NCBI RefSeq assembly: GCF_001194135.2
Contig: NC_068999.1
Location: 18,497,022-18,560,777, forward strand
Length of the DNA: 63,756 bases
DNA from: Octopus bimaculoides
Taxonomy: Eukaryota
Direction of reading: 5' to 3'
The translations under genes were made by a program, and so were the position numbers. The notes beneath the pieces are model-generated. The model saw only the letters and a program-made list of their open reading frames with translations. It was not told the DNA's origin and ran no database searches. Numbering within the stretch: the stretch's first letter is position 1; each line of letters starts with the position of its first letter. Of this stretch, positions 11,874 through 25,915 are shown in pieces.

Positions 11874-14458
11874 TATGCATACAGACGCTTATATGTATGC
11901 AGCTATCTGTAGTAATAGTCATAATAATAATAATAATAATCTTCAGACGAATTTATACATATTTATAAATTCCATCCAATGATTATTATTATAATTACTA
12001 TATTTATCTTACGTTATATTGGCACAGCTTACTGCGACTCGCGAAAGGTGTTATTGCCAGTTGGAATCATTAAGATGTAGGTGGCACAATAGAATAAGAT
12101 TTTTATACGTATATTCAAATTGCCTCTCGTAAATGAACGTAAAGTATATATGAAAATATGTGTGTATACAAACGTGCATATGNNNNNNNNNNNNNNNNNN
12201 NNNNNNNNNNNNNNNNNNNNNNNNNNNNNNNNNNNNNNNNNNNNNNNNNNNNNNNNNNNNNNNNNNNNNNNNNNNNNNNNNNNNNATATATATATATATA
12301 TATATAGCGAAGAGGGACAGATTGATCAACGGAGTAAAAACGATAATGAGATAAATGTAAGTGCTTTCTGCACTACTTAATGCAATATTTTATCTGAGAA
12401 GAGGTACAATCGTAATACATTTTATCACTTTCAAATTAAAGGACCAGATATTAGGCTCTGCGTATCTTCTTGGTTCAGGAAACACTGCTGTATTACCTTC
12501 TCTCTTTTATCGATTTCCTGATCCACGAGTCTTTATTCTGTTATCTTATTCCCAACATTCGTATTCATATTTTTAATTTCCTACATTGGTCTCTCTTTAT
12601 CCTCTTAGATTCTTCGTTCTTTTAATTCCCTTGCCTTTTTAACCACGTTGCTCTTTGATGTTCTTGACTGCAGTATTTTTCACTTTCTCATTATTATCAA
12701 TTTGTTTTGTACTTTCCTTTTTGCTACAATTTTTGACACAACTCCTTTTAAAACTATAGTCTGGTGGCTAAACTTTTTTGCTCTTCTATTTTCCTCTTTC
12801 ACCATTTATGCTCTCCTTCCTCTATTTCTCACTTACTTTTGTATTTTATCTCTGTTTTACTTTTGCACTTACGGTAATCTAGCATTCATCTTCTAATTTC
12901 CGCTCCCATTTTCAAGTTTCTTTTGTGTGTGTGATTGATTTTGTTATTATATTATTTCCCTTTTCCATTGTCCTTTCTTTGCCTTTAATTTGTGGATATC
13001 ATATTCTAGTGTATAGAGTATGAAATCCTCGTAAGTGTCTTTTATACATTCACTTCAACGTACTTTTACTTTTTCCATATGTTTAGTATACGTAAGTTTA
13101 TGAATTTGTATTTATTTCTATCAAATTTCGATGTACGATACAGTATATTAATGCATGTATGTACACAGTACAAAGAGTATTTAAACTCTCTATTGTCTCC
13201 TGCTTCCCGTTTAATACTTTGAACCGTGGTTCATTTTTGAAAAAATTGAATATTATAGTAAGAACATCAAAGCATAAAATATATATATTTCCATTAAATA
13301 ATATACCAACATATAAAATACCAATAAATAATGGTGAAAACATAAGAAGCATTACATTACTGCGGTTATTTATCTGGAAATTCATCGACTAATAAAATCA
13401 TTCTTAAATGTGTGCTGGCAAAAGTGTGTGGTTATATTAGAAATTTTTGTGTAAGCTGCATAGAGTACAGTGTGTATAAAACAGAATCCTTGAGAACTAA
13501 CATGATACATATTTGCGCATAATATTCTCCTAATTCAACATAAAATTACCATTATTCGTTTGTGTGTATTATTGGTTGGATTATCTGTTTTGCCTGCTGT
13601 AATATAAACCGTTGCGTATAAAAATTATCGACAGAGTAATAAATTTAACAAGACTCTATTAATTCGACTCCTAAATTACATATGCAGATCCTAGTAAAGT
13701 GGTTGGCTTGTGTTATGGATTTTGACGGAAACCTAGTTGGAAATCTGGATTGTGTTCGCGGTTATCGGTTCTGAAATATCCAATAGTTTATCAGGAATTA
13801 GAATAGGTCCTTCGGTTCCTTATTTATGTCACTTTATCTGCACATGTTAGTTTACTTGCATGTTTCTTGTAAAGATATTTGTAAAGATTATTTTGTGCAC
13901 TAACGTGTTTCTTTCCAATGTGTATACATTTACGTCGGTTGCAATAGGCAAATATCGGTTGTTTTGAAATGTACTATATGTATGTCTTAATAATTGAAAT
14001 GCAGTGTTAAAAGACATTAAAATTTTACGTTTATATGTTGTATATCAAAGTAGATTAAAAATAAGTAATACAATATATGTAATGATCGGGGGAAAACATT
14101 TTCCTGACTCATAGCTGAACATATTTGCCATCGTGTAGAATTTAAGATGCAGTAGTCTTTCTAAGGCATTACACTTGACCAAACACAGTTTCTTCTAACC
14201 GCATGCTTTAAAAACCTCCTTGAACATTATTATATGTTTGTTGTTGTTTATTTTTTGCATTATTTCCAGTGAGAATACAAGTAAACAATTTCATTTAAAT
14301 GTGCATTCCATCTTTATATACACAATACGACGGCGAATGAATCAGTAATAGAAATAGCTGAAGAAATTAATGAACGTATTAATTCACCATGTATAGTTAC
14401 AACGGTATGTATATTATGACATGTTCATTTAAAAAAGACTGTAAATGGTATTTGGAAA

Positions 14459-14492
<34 letters not shown>

Positions 14493-14719
14493 NNNNNNNN
14501 NNNNNNNNNNNNNNNNNNNNNNNNNNNNNNNNNNNNNNNNNNNNNNNNNNNNNNNNNNNNNNNNNNNNNNNNNNNNNNNNNNNNNNNNNNNNNNNNNNNN
14601 NNNNNNNNNNNNNNNNNNNNNNNNNNNNNNNNNNNNNNNNNNNNNNNNNNNNNNNNNNNNNNNNNNNNNNNNNNNNNNNNNNNNNNNNNNNNNNNNNNNN
14701 NNNNNTGTGAGCTCGTGTA

Positions 14720-14751
<32 letters not shown>

Positions 14752-15077
14752 GAGAATGGAGCAACAAATGCAAGAAGAAGCAATTCTGTTGGGCTAGTTA
14801 GCCGTTGTTTTATTGTGTGGAGGTTATGAAATGAGTCATTGTGGAGGTTGAGGTTATATAGTGAGTCATTGTGAATGTTATGTAATAGTCATTTACGTAC
14901 GTTTCAATCTAGCCAATGGTTTGGCAGATCTCATCAGAATGTTGAGGAGTATGTTAAGGGTTCGTGGTGCGAGGGATGTAGGAGAAGTGATTGGTGGGTA
15001 TATTAATGTATATGGTGGTGTAATAATAGCGATAGGTAAAGAAAGCCTGAAGGATTGAGGCAAGCCTATCATTTACC

Positions 15078-15118
<41 letters not shown>

Positions 15119-16062
15119 NNNNNNNNNNNNNNNNNNNNNNNNNNNNNNNNNNNNNNNNNNNNNNNNNNNNNNNNNNNNNNNNNNNNNNNNNNNNNNNNNN
15201 NNNNNNNNNNNNNNNNNNNNNNNNNNNNNNNNNNNNNNNNNNNNNNNNNNNNNNNNNNNNNNNNNNNNNNNNNNNNNNNNNNNNNNNNNNNNNNNNNNNN
15301 NNNNNNNNNNNNNNNNNNNNNNNNNNNNNNNNNNNNNNNNNNNNNNNNNNNNNNNNNNNNNNNNNNNNNNNNNNNNNNNNNNNNNNNNNNNNNNNNNNNN
15401 NNNNNNNNNNNNNNNNNNNNNNNNNNNNNNNNNNNNNNNNNNNNNNNNNNNNNNNNNNNNNNNNNNNNNNNNNNNNNNNNNNNNNNNNNNNNNNNNNNNN
15501 NNNNNNNNNNNNNNNNNNNNNNNNNNNNNNNNNNNNNNNNNNNNNNNNNNNNNNNNNNNNNNNNNNNNNNNNNNNNNNNNNNNNNNNNNNNNNNNNNNNN
15601 NNNNNNNNNNNNNNNNNNNNNNNNNNNNNNNNNNNNNNNNNNNNNNNNNNNNNNNNNNNNNNNNNNNNNNNNNNNNNNNNNNNNNNNNNNNNNNNNNNNN
15701 NNNNNNNNNNNNNNNNNNNNNNNNNNNNNNNNNNNNNNNNNNNNNNNNNNNNNNNNNNNNNNNNNNNNNNNNNNNNNNNNNNNNNNNNNNNNNNNNNNNN
15801 NNNNNNNNNNNNNNNNNNNNNNNNNNNNNNNNNNNNNNNNNNNNNNNNNNNNNNNNNNNNNNNNNNNNNNNNNNNNNNNNNNNNNNNNNNNNNNNNNNNN
15901 NNNNNNNNNNNNNNNNNNNNNNNNNNNNNNNNNNNNNNNNNNNNNNNNNNNNNNNNNNNNNNNNNNNNNNNNNNNNNNNNNNNNNNNNNNNNNNNNNNNN
16001 NNNNNNNNNNNNNNNNNNNNNNNNNNNNNNNNNNNNNNNNNNNNNNNNNNNNNNNNNNNNNN

Positions 16063-16093
<31 letters not shown>

Positions 16094-19000
16094 TGTATAC
16101 GTAATAGATGAATATTTCTATATAATTATGTGTTCATCCCTGCACTAATTTATCTCTCAGTGTACGCCTCTATCTATCCACAATCACACATATATACATA
16201 TGTGTGTTTATATCTATTCGTGTGTATATGTGTGTATATATACATACACAATCGTACATTAGTTCCGCACTCTAATATATAGTTTAAAATGTGCGATGCG
16301 AAAACTATTTATCTAGGCTTGATTGTACTCTTAATTGTCATACTGTCAAGCATAAAGTATAGATGTAAAAGATTTTGTTAGAAAGGCCGCAGCTCTAGAA
16401 ATGCGAATAATTCTATTCGTATTTAATTATGCGTTCATACTGACATTGTTCATATTACGTCGAAGCCACAACATCGTCAGCATGAAAACATAATGCTCTT
16501 CAAATTTACTTTCTGTATATTTTAATTTAACTCTGTTCTACAATAAAATTATTTTGTTTTAACATTGTACTAGAGATTGTTCACTCACGGTAACACTTCT
16601 TATGCCCTCGTCTTGAAACAGAAATATATCACCCGTTCACAATTTCAGATGTGATACTCGGTGTCTAGACTAGTTAGGACAATGTGAATAATTGAAGAAA
16701 ATATCACTCAGAAAGTAAAGCTACCTAGAAGCATTTCAATACTTTAGTGTAAATAGCTCTGCTGATTTCATTTCGAAATTCAAACTTGTGGAGACTTTCC
16801 AGAGAAATAACAACTTGGTTTTCAGATACATATGCAACAGAAATGGAACCAATTTCACAACCTGTTTAAGAATTCTGGGTGTTTATTTTTCCTCTAAATT
16901 TTATGTTTATTACTATTTTCCCCCCTTACCTGCGAATAGCTTCGCTGTAAGAACATGTGATGCGAAACATTTTAAACTTGTCCAACTTAACTTTCACTAT
17001 CTACAAGGAGACTATAAAATCACCTACCACAACGCTGCTTTCGGATGGCGGTGTAATATTTGAGGGAAAATGACTGCTATAGCAGTGTATTTTATTATTC
17101 TATATATTTCCTTTTTTTGTGTTCAATAGAAATTGAATGCGACAAAATATTGTCGTATTTAATTTTCAAATACCATAGCACAATCCAATGCATATATGCA
17201 CCACTGGACTATTATATTTTATTTTCCCAATTTCGATATATATTTCCCATATCTCCTGTGATTCAATTTCTGTTCGGAATAAATATTTTATTTAGCATAT
17301 TCTAATTTCGTACATTACGTATCCCCATTGGATGATTCTGACTTGCTTATACTCTCATATTCTCTCTCTCTCTCTCTCTCTCGCTCTCTTTCCTTCTTTC
17401 TTGATACATAGTAACATAAACACATATNNNNNNNNNNNNNNNNNNNNNNNNNNNNNNNNNNNNNNNNNNNNNNNNNNNNNNNNNNNNATATATATATATA
17501 TACATATAAGAAATCTATCAATATGAAATGAGTTATCCACAACACAATGAGTAAGCCGTCTACAAAATGCAAGATTTCTGTTGGAATTAAATAAATTTGC
17601 ACCCTAGATATTAGTTATTATATATACACTGAAAATTGAAATATTATCACGTATGCAGTTCGAATGTTGGAAGGTTCATATCTCTCATAAAGTAATTCGG
17701 ATTAATGTATTTGTCTGTCTCTGTCCTTTTCATTATTTATTTTATTTCATTAGGTGGGAGATCTTTAACCTATTGTAATTATAATATATTTTTACGTAGT
17801 AGTTTGGAAGACTCGAATAAACACTGTATGCTTCACTTAATCTTTATTGCTGTTGCTGTCTTTGCAGATTGTAAGTTTAAATATACTACTTCTGTTGCTT
17901 TCTTGCTGTTTCGAATCTTATCGTATATGCCTTTGCTGTATTTCTAGAGTTTTCCTTGTCCTGGTAATACGCATTTAGGATATTTGCACACTATATTCTG
18001 TTTGTAGACTTTTTTTCTTTTGGTCACTTACCCATTGAATACGTTCTTCAGTGCACTATTGCTTCGTGCCAATCTGGCGCTAAAATTTGAAAAGGGGGCT
18101 TCTTAGACATCTCTTATCTAAAGTTATAGTCAACAGTCTCCTCAAGAGACAGGTAGTTTGTTTCAAAGAAAAGGAATCCTGTCTCTAAATATTTCCGGTT
18201 TCCTCTGTCCATGTCCGAAGATTACACATCCTGCTGCGTCAACAACAAAACAACGTATCAACCGATAAACACTGGAAAACAATGATAATGACTACAGCTC
18301 GTAAGGGGCTTTTGTTACCAGCAGCCACGGCTATTATTTCCACTGCAGTTCTTATCATCTTCAAAGCAGTATTCAAAATCAGTTTCAAGTGGACAGGTAG
18401 CTAAGCTTATTTCCCTGTACCGAGAAAGATAGTGAGATTTCTAAGCACATCTGGTTAGAGAGTAATTCGAATGCAGAGAAGACGAATCAATCGTCTGGAT
18501 GACTGAAAATGAAATGAGGTTAAGGATACCGGCGTTATGTAACTTATATTTGCTAACGTTAGAATAGCAATTTGATGCAGGAAAGCTTACAACTGTTTGG
18601 GCGACTCTGGAGTCCACAAGTAGAAGGAACATTACAAAAGACAGAACATTACAAGAAAGAGTGCGTCGTTTATGAATAAATGGAAACATTTATTGATGCG
18701 TAGCAGACTTTATGTTACAGTCCATGTCAAACTGTCTCTGAATGTTAATCGCTGCCGTATTCCAGAGCACTAATTCTAAGAGAAATCGTTATAGCAAGAA
18801 GATATATGAGTACAAAAATGAATGAAATTGAGCCCAGTGGATGAAATACAAGAAATACCCAACAACTAAAGATGGAACAATACTGGGAACTTAACAAGAC
18901 CAATCAATAAAACTAATCGGGTACAGTCATGGGATATAGATCAAAAGATGGATAGATACTCAAGGGTGTTCCCAAACTGATTGAGCGGCCAGATACCAAC

Positions 19001-21221
19001 AGTATAATGTTATTGACAGTAGATAGTGGTAGTGTCAGAGAACATATATTGGTGGCTCACAGACTTTCAAAGACGTCACTTGTGGCAGATATCAAACAAA
19101 AACTAACACCCACAGGCATTTGCAGACGCCAGACACACAAAAAATAAATGTGAATAGCTGAGTCATAATACTTACGTCAAAAGACCAGCAGCAACTGCAA
19201 CTGAAACAAAAGCAACATCCTGAAAAAACGTTAGCAACACATGGACCGAGACTAACAAGCATAACACTACCAAGGATAAATATCTCCTTCACAATAATAA
19301 CAATGAAATACGACTACAATGAAAACCATCAAGAATAAAATACCGCATGAAATCACATTTCGAATTCTCCTAAATTGACCACCCAAAAGTTTCCTCGCTC
19401 CTAGCAAAGTGCAAATACACACAGATGGCGTCCGATGTATTAGAGAGAAAAGGAAGCATGAATAGAGACTTTACTTTCAGTCATTTGTATACTTTTTCAC
19501 TACTAATACCTCAACAGTGTATAAAACGGAAGCAGCACAATTTACACGTTTCAAAAGTACTAACAAATGAAGAACGAAAACATAATATCGACATAAATAC
19601 AGCACACATGTGGTAACAGGACAAAATACAACACAACATCATCTATGGAAAAAGAAGTATATTCAATGTTAACCATAAACACAGTATGAGGGAAATGTAA
19701 ACGTTATGTTTCTTGTCATATACTACTGTACATAAATACAAGAGATTGATGAGGTGCGAAAACAAATACTTTATTTTAGTTTAATGATTTAGTGAAATAT
19801 ATTTGGTGTTCTACTAGCACGAGTTTGAACGACAAATTATAAAAATTCTTAAAGATTCCTATAATGATGTAGTGAGAAATATACGTGATTTACTGGATGT
19901 AGAAATAAAGTTTTCATTAGTCTACGAAGGCTATTATATCATAAAGTTTGCTCAGGTCATGGCACGTAATTCTCACGTGGTTGTGTAAATAGCTTGAGAT
20001 TTACGAGGTTATTCAAGATTTGCTGTGTATTGTTATTTGCCGCTGGTATGAACACGCTTGTTGTTCAATTATGATTGTATTTCATGTAATATCTCATCAA
20101 CTTTAAAATGATATTTGTAAGTGAGATTTAAACGGATTCAGGAATTAATCCACAAAACATATACGTAAGTCTATTTCTATTCTAAGCTGTATGAATGGAG
20201 AAGCTGCGTTTGAAATGTTTCATCGTTTAAGCTAAATCCAATCCATAAATCTTCATAAAATGCGATAGAATATTCAGTAGGTGACTGTATATATGAGCTT
20301 ATATGTTGACACTGCTAATGGAAATATATTCCAGTTATCGAATTATTTTCCATCTTACTGATATTTAACCACAGGTGGAGATGAGAATCTTTAACATTTT
20401 CTGGGCATGGCCACCAATTTTAAGTGCTTCCGACATCTTCCGACATCTTACGAAAACTGTCTTGTAATATCTACCGGTATTTGGTTTCTCGAAAATTTGA
20501 ATTTACAGTTATGACACTTTTATAGTTTCTATAAAGGTCAGCTTTGATCTGGCGCTTATTTGATCTAAATATTAAGCCAACCTATTACTATAATATCTTT
20601 GTTTGCAGACATTCTTAAAAGAACTTCATTCTATAATCTTTCACTTATAAAGCAGTGCTTCATTTAAATGATATTGTTGCCATCTTTTTCTTGCATAAGA
20701 TGCAAGGTAGGTTATTTCAAAAAGATGTCCTACTGTCACTTAATACTTTGGGTAACAAACAGGAAGATAATGTCAAAACAGGGCACATTATGTACCACAT
20801 AATTTTGAATCGTAAGAATAGTGTACATGTTTTCTTTCTTATTTTTTGCTGATTCAGAATTTTGTTGAGATACTGTCAAGTAAATAATATGGAGAATATG
20901 TCGTGATTCTTTGACATTAAATATGTGTTACACTTGCAACAACCAAACATTCACTGCATGACCTTGTCTGACGTATATTAAACAAATTATACAATAACAT
21001 CACATCAAGCGTTGTGCATTATCATACTTTTATCTTATGTTAATTATGGTAATAATGGAATATTGTGATACGGTACACATAGGTATGCTACAGTATAAGC
21101 AATTTTAGAATTATAAATGCCATAAGTGCCTAAACGTTTACTGTATACATAGGCATAACATGAATATCAGATATATGCATAGATATATACACACTAACGC
21201 ATTGTTATATGCATATATATA

Positions 21222-21713
21222 TGTAGTGGTCTATGTAGCTACATAGCTTAGTGATATTCCGTTGCAAGAAAGATTAGAGTAACTTCCCTTCACTAAGTTT
21301 CTGGAAGTATCTCTGGCATGAGATGTGATTCTTCATTATTCAAGAAGCATAGCGTTTCTCTTGGAAGTTTCTAGAATGTCTATTGCAAAACCTGCTTCTC
21401 ACTTCTTAGTCGATTAGACTTACAGCCATTTACGTCATTGCTATGTCCCTCTATTTCTCTACGCCACATGACTAAAAACCACCACTTAGCTGTTATTTCT
21501 ATATTTCTTATCTCTGAAATTTCTTGCATAGATTACTTCATTCAACTACATTCTATATATAGATTATTTATCATCATTGACCAGCAAATAAAATATATTT
21601 TTATGTAGTAAATACATAGTTCTTGAATTTATTCTTCATCTCTATATGAACTTTTGTAATAATATACACCCAGCCACATCAACACCTTGTATTGAATATA
21701 TATTCTCACTACA
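21222..21713 (+). repeat. 5' LTR
   Basis: TGTAGTG...CACTACA terminal inverted repeat; aligns with 24697-25215; followed by PBS-like TTTAGTGACC at about 21717. Confidence 0.9.
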
Positions 21714-21799
21714 TAATTTAGTGACCAACTTTCGATGACACAATTGTCTTCAACTGAATTACTTTCAACTTAAACGACGATGATATCTGCTATGAATCA

Positions 21800-22532
21800 T
21801 TATTACCAATTTTCACAGGAGATATCGCTGTTTGTATTGCCCAGTTAGATGCATTTTCTCTGCAAACAAACACAATTCAGATCAAGAGTAGCTCTATATT
21901 TTACTTAGCTCTATACCACCATCATTAACTGGAGAATTGGGAGATATTACAACTCCACCGGCAGATGCAAAGTATTCATCAATTAAAAATGGAATTTTAA
22001 GACGAACATTGCTCTCTTCTAAAAGGGGAAGTTTGGAAAACCTCTCAACAACGAGTACTTAAGAGAGAGAACAGTATCACAAATGCTCAGAAAAATGTGA
22101 CAGCGCACAGAGGACAACCCTGCTGAAAGTAAGTTGCTTAAACAACTCTTTTTCGCCAGATTACCATAGTATGTTCAACGTTTGCTCGCCCATTTGACCG
22201 ACGTTAGCACAGTCGACCAACTTCCGGCCTCGGTAGATAATACTTTGGAGTGTGCAAAATCCTTTCTAGGCAAGAACAACTCTCCTTTGCTAGTCGCTAC
22301 AGTTTCGGCTGAATTCAAAGAATTTCGTGAATCTACGCAGAGGATTATAGATAAGCTAGTTGCAGAAGTTTGTCTCTTGCGTATCAACAAACGTTCTTCA
22401 CGGCGTGACTATCGGCGTTCTAATTCCCGTTCTCCCAGCAGATCAATACCTTTTTGCTGGTATCATTATAAGTTTGCCTCTGCAGCTAAGAAATGTATTT
22501 CACCGTCTACATTTATAACTCAGGAAAACTAA
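21800..22532 (+). pseudogene. Gypsy gag remnant
   Basis: LPIFTGDIAVCIAQLDAF near the start. ORF 22182-22532 ends RSNSRSPSRSIPFCWYHYKFASAAKKCISPSTFITQEN*, the typical CWYH..F..A.KC..P gag end. Confidence 0.75.
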
Positions 22533-22559
22533 AAAAAACCCAACTCCGTGCGTAACCGC

Positions 22560-24240
22560 AGTTCCTGGTACATTTTCTCGTAGTCAATCATTTTTCATAC
22601 TAGATTTCGAATCTAAGCAGGAATTTCTAGTCGATTCCGGAGTGCCCTCTAGTATATGGTGGTCTAAATTTGTTAAAGAAAAGCCGCTTCTGACATATCT
22701 ATTGAAGCAGGTAACAGCTCTCCTATTAAAACTTTCGGTGAGATTTCACTCACACTGGAACTTAATCTCAGACGAAGTTTCCAGTAAATCATGAAATTCC
22801 AGTTAACCCAAATGATATTCCGAAAACGGCTATCACAACTCCGTTTGGGTCATCGGAATTTCTTACCATGCCATTTGGGTTAAGGAACGCCACCAGTACG
22901 TTTCAAAGTTTCACTAATGAAGTAATAAGTGGTTTAGATTTCGTCTACGCCTATATTGACGATCTTCTCATTGCTAGTTCTTCCGAGAAAGAACATAAGA
23001 TTCATTTAAAGTTACTTTTCGAAGGCATTCTCAATGCAAAATCCATATCAACGCAAACCAAATGTATTTTCAGTGTGCATTCTTTCACTTTCCTTGGACA
23101 CACCATTAATAAGGATGGAATTAGGCATTTGCAAGAAAAGATTGAGGCTATTGTGAAAATACCAGTTTCTGATCTTGACTAGCAAATTTCTATCGACGTG
23201 TTATACCTCATTATACTGAAACTTTATACCCTCTCAACAAATTACTGAAACACCTCAAGAAGAGAACGAAAAACATCACTTTAACTCCTACTGAAATACA
23301 AACTGCTTTCGGCGAACTTAAACAGACACTCTCTCGTGTCGTCATGTTATCTCACCCCATTCCTGATGCCGGAATTTCTCTTGTAGTCGTCGCGTCGAAA
23401 ACTGGCGTCAGAGCAGTCATTCAACACCTCCACTATGGTGAATGGCAACCTCTGACATTTTTGTCTTCTGAGAAGTTAAAACCAGCTGAAACTAAATATA
23501 GCACGTTCAGTCGTGTACTGTTAGCGATTTTTCTCTCAGTTTAATAATTCCAACACATTTTTGAAAGCAGACACTTCACAATAGTTATGGACCATAAGCT
23601 GTTATCATTCGTTTTACACTGCAAGCTAAATAGATTTTCTTTGAGTGATATACGGTATATTCCAGGTTGCAGATTATTTATCCCGTTTACCTGTAAACGC
23701 GTTATTTTCAACTGCAGAAATTAACTTGGACGAAATATCAGAAGATCAACTATCCGTTGATTTCAATAATATAAACAACCAGAACTCATTCCTTTCGACC
23801 TCTAATTTTTCCCAGTTGTAGCATGTCTTTTCTAACTGTGGCACATGATTTAGTCACAAGATCGCTCGTTTCGGAACACCTGTAAAAATTACAACTGATT
23901 GCATACGTCAATTTGAAACTAAGCTTTTCCGGGAGCAAACCAAGACTTCAGGAAGTAAACACATCCATTCTACTAGTTTCCACCTAGCTTCGAACGGAAT
24001 TATCGAAAGATCACACCGACAGCTTGAACCTGCGTCATGTGCTTCTGCTGAATCATCTCGATGGATTGAATTTCTCCTATTGATATTAATATCTATTAAT
24101 ATCTTCTTCTATCAAAGAAGATATTGGATATTCTCCTGCAGAATTACCTTATGGTTCTTCCTTGACGCTGCCTGGTCAGATGATTGTTCCTGCAAACACG
24201 CAAGGTATCGGCACTACAAATTCCGCTCAACGTTTCGTGA
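22560..24240 (+). pseudogene. Gypsy pol remnant (protease, RT, RNase H, integrase core)
   Basis: Protease FLVDSG..NSSPIKTFGEISLTLELNLRRSFQ; RT HEIPVNPNDIPKTAITTPFG..MPFGLRNATSTFQ..YAYIDDLLIAS..FLGH; RNase H WQPLTF..KLKPAETKYSTFSRVLLAI; integrase IARFGTPVKITTD..QFE..SNGIIERSHRQL. Confidence 0.9.
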
Positions 24241-24696
24241 TTATATGCCAAAGTTATCACATATGAACGCCAGAAAACAAGGCATTAAACATATTTGAAT
24301 AAGGACTATTCTTCCTGAACTCATGTTTTTGTTCATAACGATGCCGTTAAAAAACCTTCAACAGCACTGTATTCAGGACAATTGTGTGTACTTCTTGTAC
24401 AGATACAGTTGTCACCTTACACCTTAACGGTCGAAAAGACTGTTGATAGACTAAAATGGACTCACATTGAAAACACTATTCCCAACCCCACTGCAGACAA
24501 CACACACACACAGCATTACAAACGCGTCCTTTACACACAACTTCACAAACTCTGACTACCAAAAGCGTTAGACATGTACATTGGCCCAAGAACTTCACTA
24601 ACATTTATTACATTTAAAATGTGATATTGTTTCTATGGTGTATACATTTTAGTTATTTTCAACATTGTATAACGTTACATCTACTTGGTGGTGGGG

Positions 24697-25215
24697 TGTA
24701 ACTAACGGTCTACGTAGCTAGATAATTGAATGATCTTCCTTGCAAGAAAGATTATTAAGTAATCTCCATTTACAAATTTCTTCGATATATCTGCATCATG
24801 AAATGTGATTCTTAATTATTCAAGAAGCATAACGTTTCTCTTGGAAGCTTCTAGTATGTCTAGTGTTCCAATAATAAAAACAGCTTGCAAAGTCTGCTCT
24901 TCACTTCATAGACGATTAGACTTAGAGCCATTCACGCCATTATTATGTCCGTCTATTTATGTACGCCACATGACTGAAAACCATCACTTAGCTCTTATGT
25001 CTATATTTCCTATCTGTGAACATTCCTGCATATATTACTTCATTCAACTAGATTCTACATTCTGATAATGTATCATAATCGACCATTAAACGATTTATAT
25101 TTTTAGGTAGTAAGTATATAGTTCTTCAATTTATTCTTCATCTCTATATGAACTCTTGTAATATTGTACACGCAACCACATCAACACCTGGTACTGAATA
25201 TATATTCCCACTACA
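24697..25215 (+). repeat. 3' LTR
   Basis: Preceded by the PPT GGTGGTGGGG (24687-24696); TGTA...CCACTACA; about 85-90% identical by eye to the 5' LTR in the best-aligned core. Confidence 0.9.
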
Positions 25216-25224
25216 TATATACAT

Positions 25225-25273
25225 ATCTATCTGTCTGTCTATCTGTCTATGTATCTATGTATCTATGTATCTA

Positions 25274-25337
<64 letters not shown>
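25225..25337. repeat. Compound (TATC)n-(TC)n-(TA)n microsatellite
   Basis: Direct inspection; immediately downstream of the 3' LTR. Confidence 0.9.
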
Positions 25338-25341
<4 letters not shown>

Positions 25342-25876
25342 ATTATGGTTATGTTTTAATATGTGTGGATGTGTTCCAAATCTAGATGGGCATATACACA
25401 ATGTGATGTCAAGAGATTTTCTCAAAAAAACTTTCTAAAAGAAAGATGGCGCCCGTTCATAACGATGCATCCACTAACATATTAGGTTGTATCTGTCAAT
25501 GAAGCAGGAACTAGTAAAATATATATATACCATATTCATCAATTCAGAAAAAGTAAGTTAGGCGTCATAAATATGACGACATAATAGAAAGTATATATAT
25601 TGAGAAATACACTAAATTATAGCCGACTAAATATGCAGTATTCAAAGATAGTATAAATGCTGAAAATTCAATATCGCTTAACTTACTTGCGATATTGATG
25701 ATAAATCATTTAGCTAGAATAAATTCATATGAATTATTATGGCAAGTAATTCAATGTTACCAGCAACAATAAAATGTGAAATTGTAAAAAGCTATGAATT
25801 CAAGAAAATAAAACCACGCGACATTTAGCACATACAATTTTGGATTACACATATGCAATATTTTCACGCACACACA

Positions 25877-25915
<39 letters not shown>

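Larger units (their letters stand above)
21222..25215 (+). mobile_element. LTR-bounded Ty3/Gypsy retrotransposon, internally deleted and inactive
   Basis: Two homologous LTRs with TG...CA ends, a PBS-like sequence after the 5' LTR, a PPT before the 3' LTR, domain order gag-PR-RT-RH-IN, and TATATA on both flanks (21216-21221, 25216-25221). Confidence 0.93.

Noticed and set aside
14900-15060. Possible CR1/L2-type 3' fragment on the minus strand (YRYYY motif)
   Set aside because: Too short and degenerate to support.
15055-16092. Long ORFs spanning N-runs (also around gaps 26164-27107, 52912-53455, 54097-54890, 58726-59315 and smaller ones)
   Set aside because: They are open only because Ns contain no stops. 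The flanks are (TA)n/(CA)n giving YIYI/HTHT peptides. These are assembly gaps, not genes.
20609-20706. Segment with strong-looking splice sites (TCTTTGTTTGCAG ... CAAG/GTAGGT)
   Set aside because: Stop codons in all three frames. It could only be a non-coding exon, and nothing supports that.
25442-25456. AAGATGGCGCCCG (YY1-like or tRNA-Lys PBS-like) and AGATGGCGTCC at about 19423
   Set aside because: Short isolated matches with no adjacent LTR end or promoter context.
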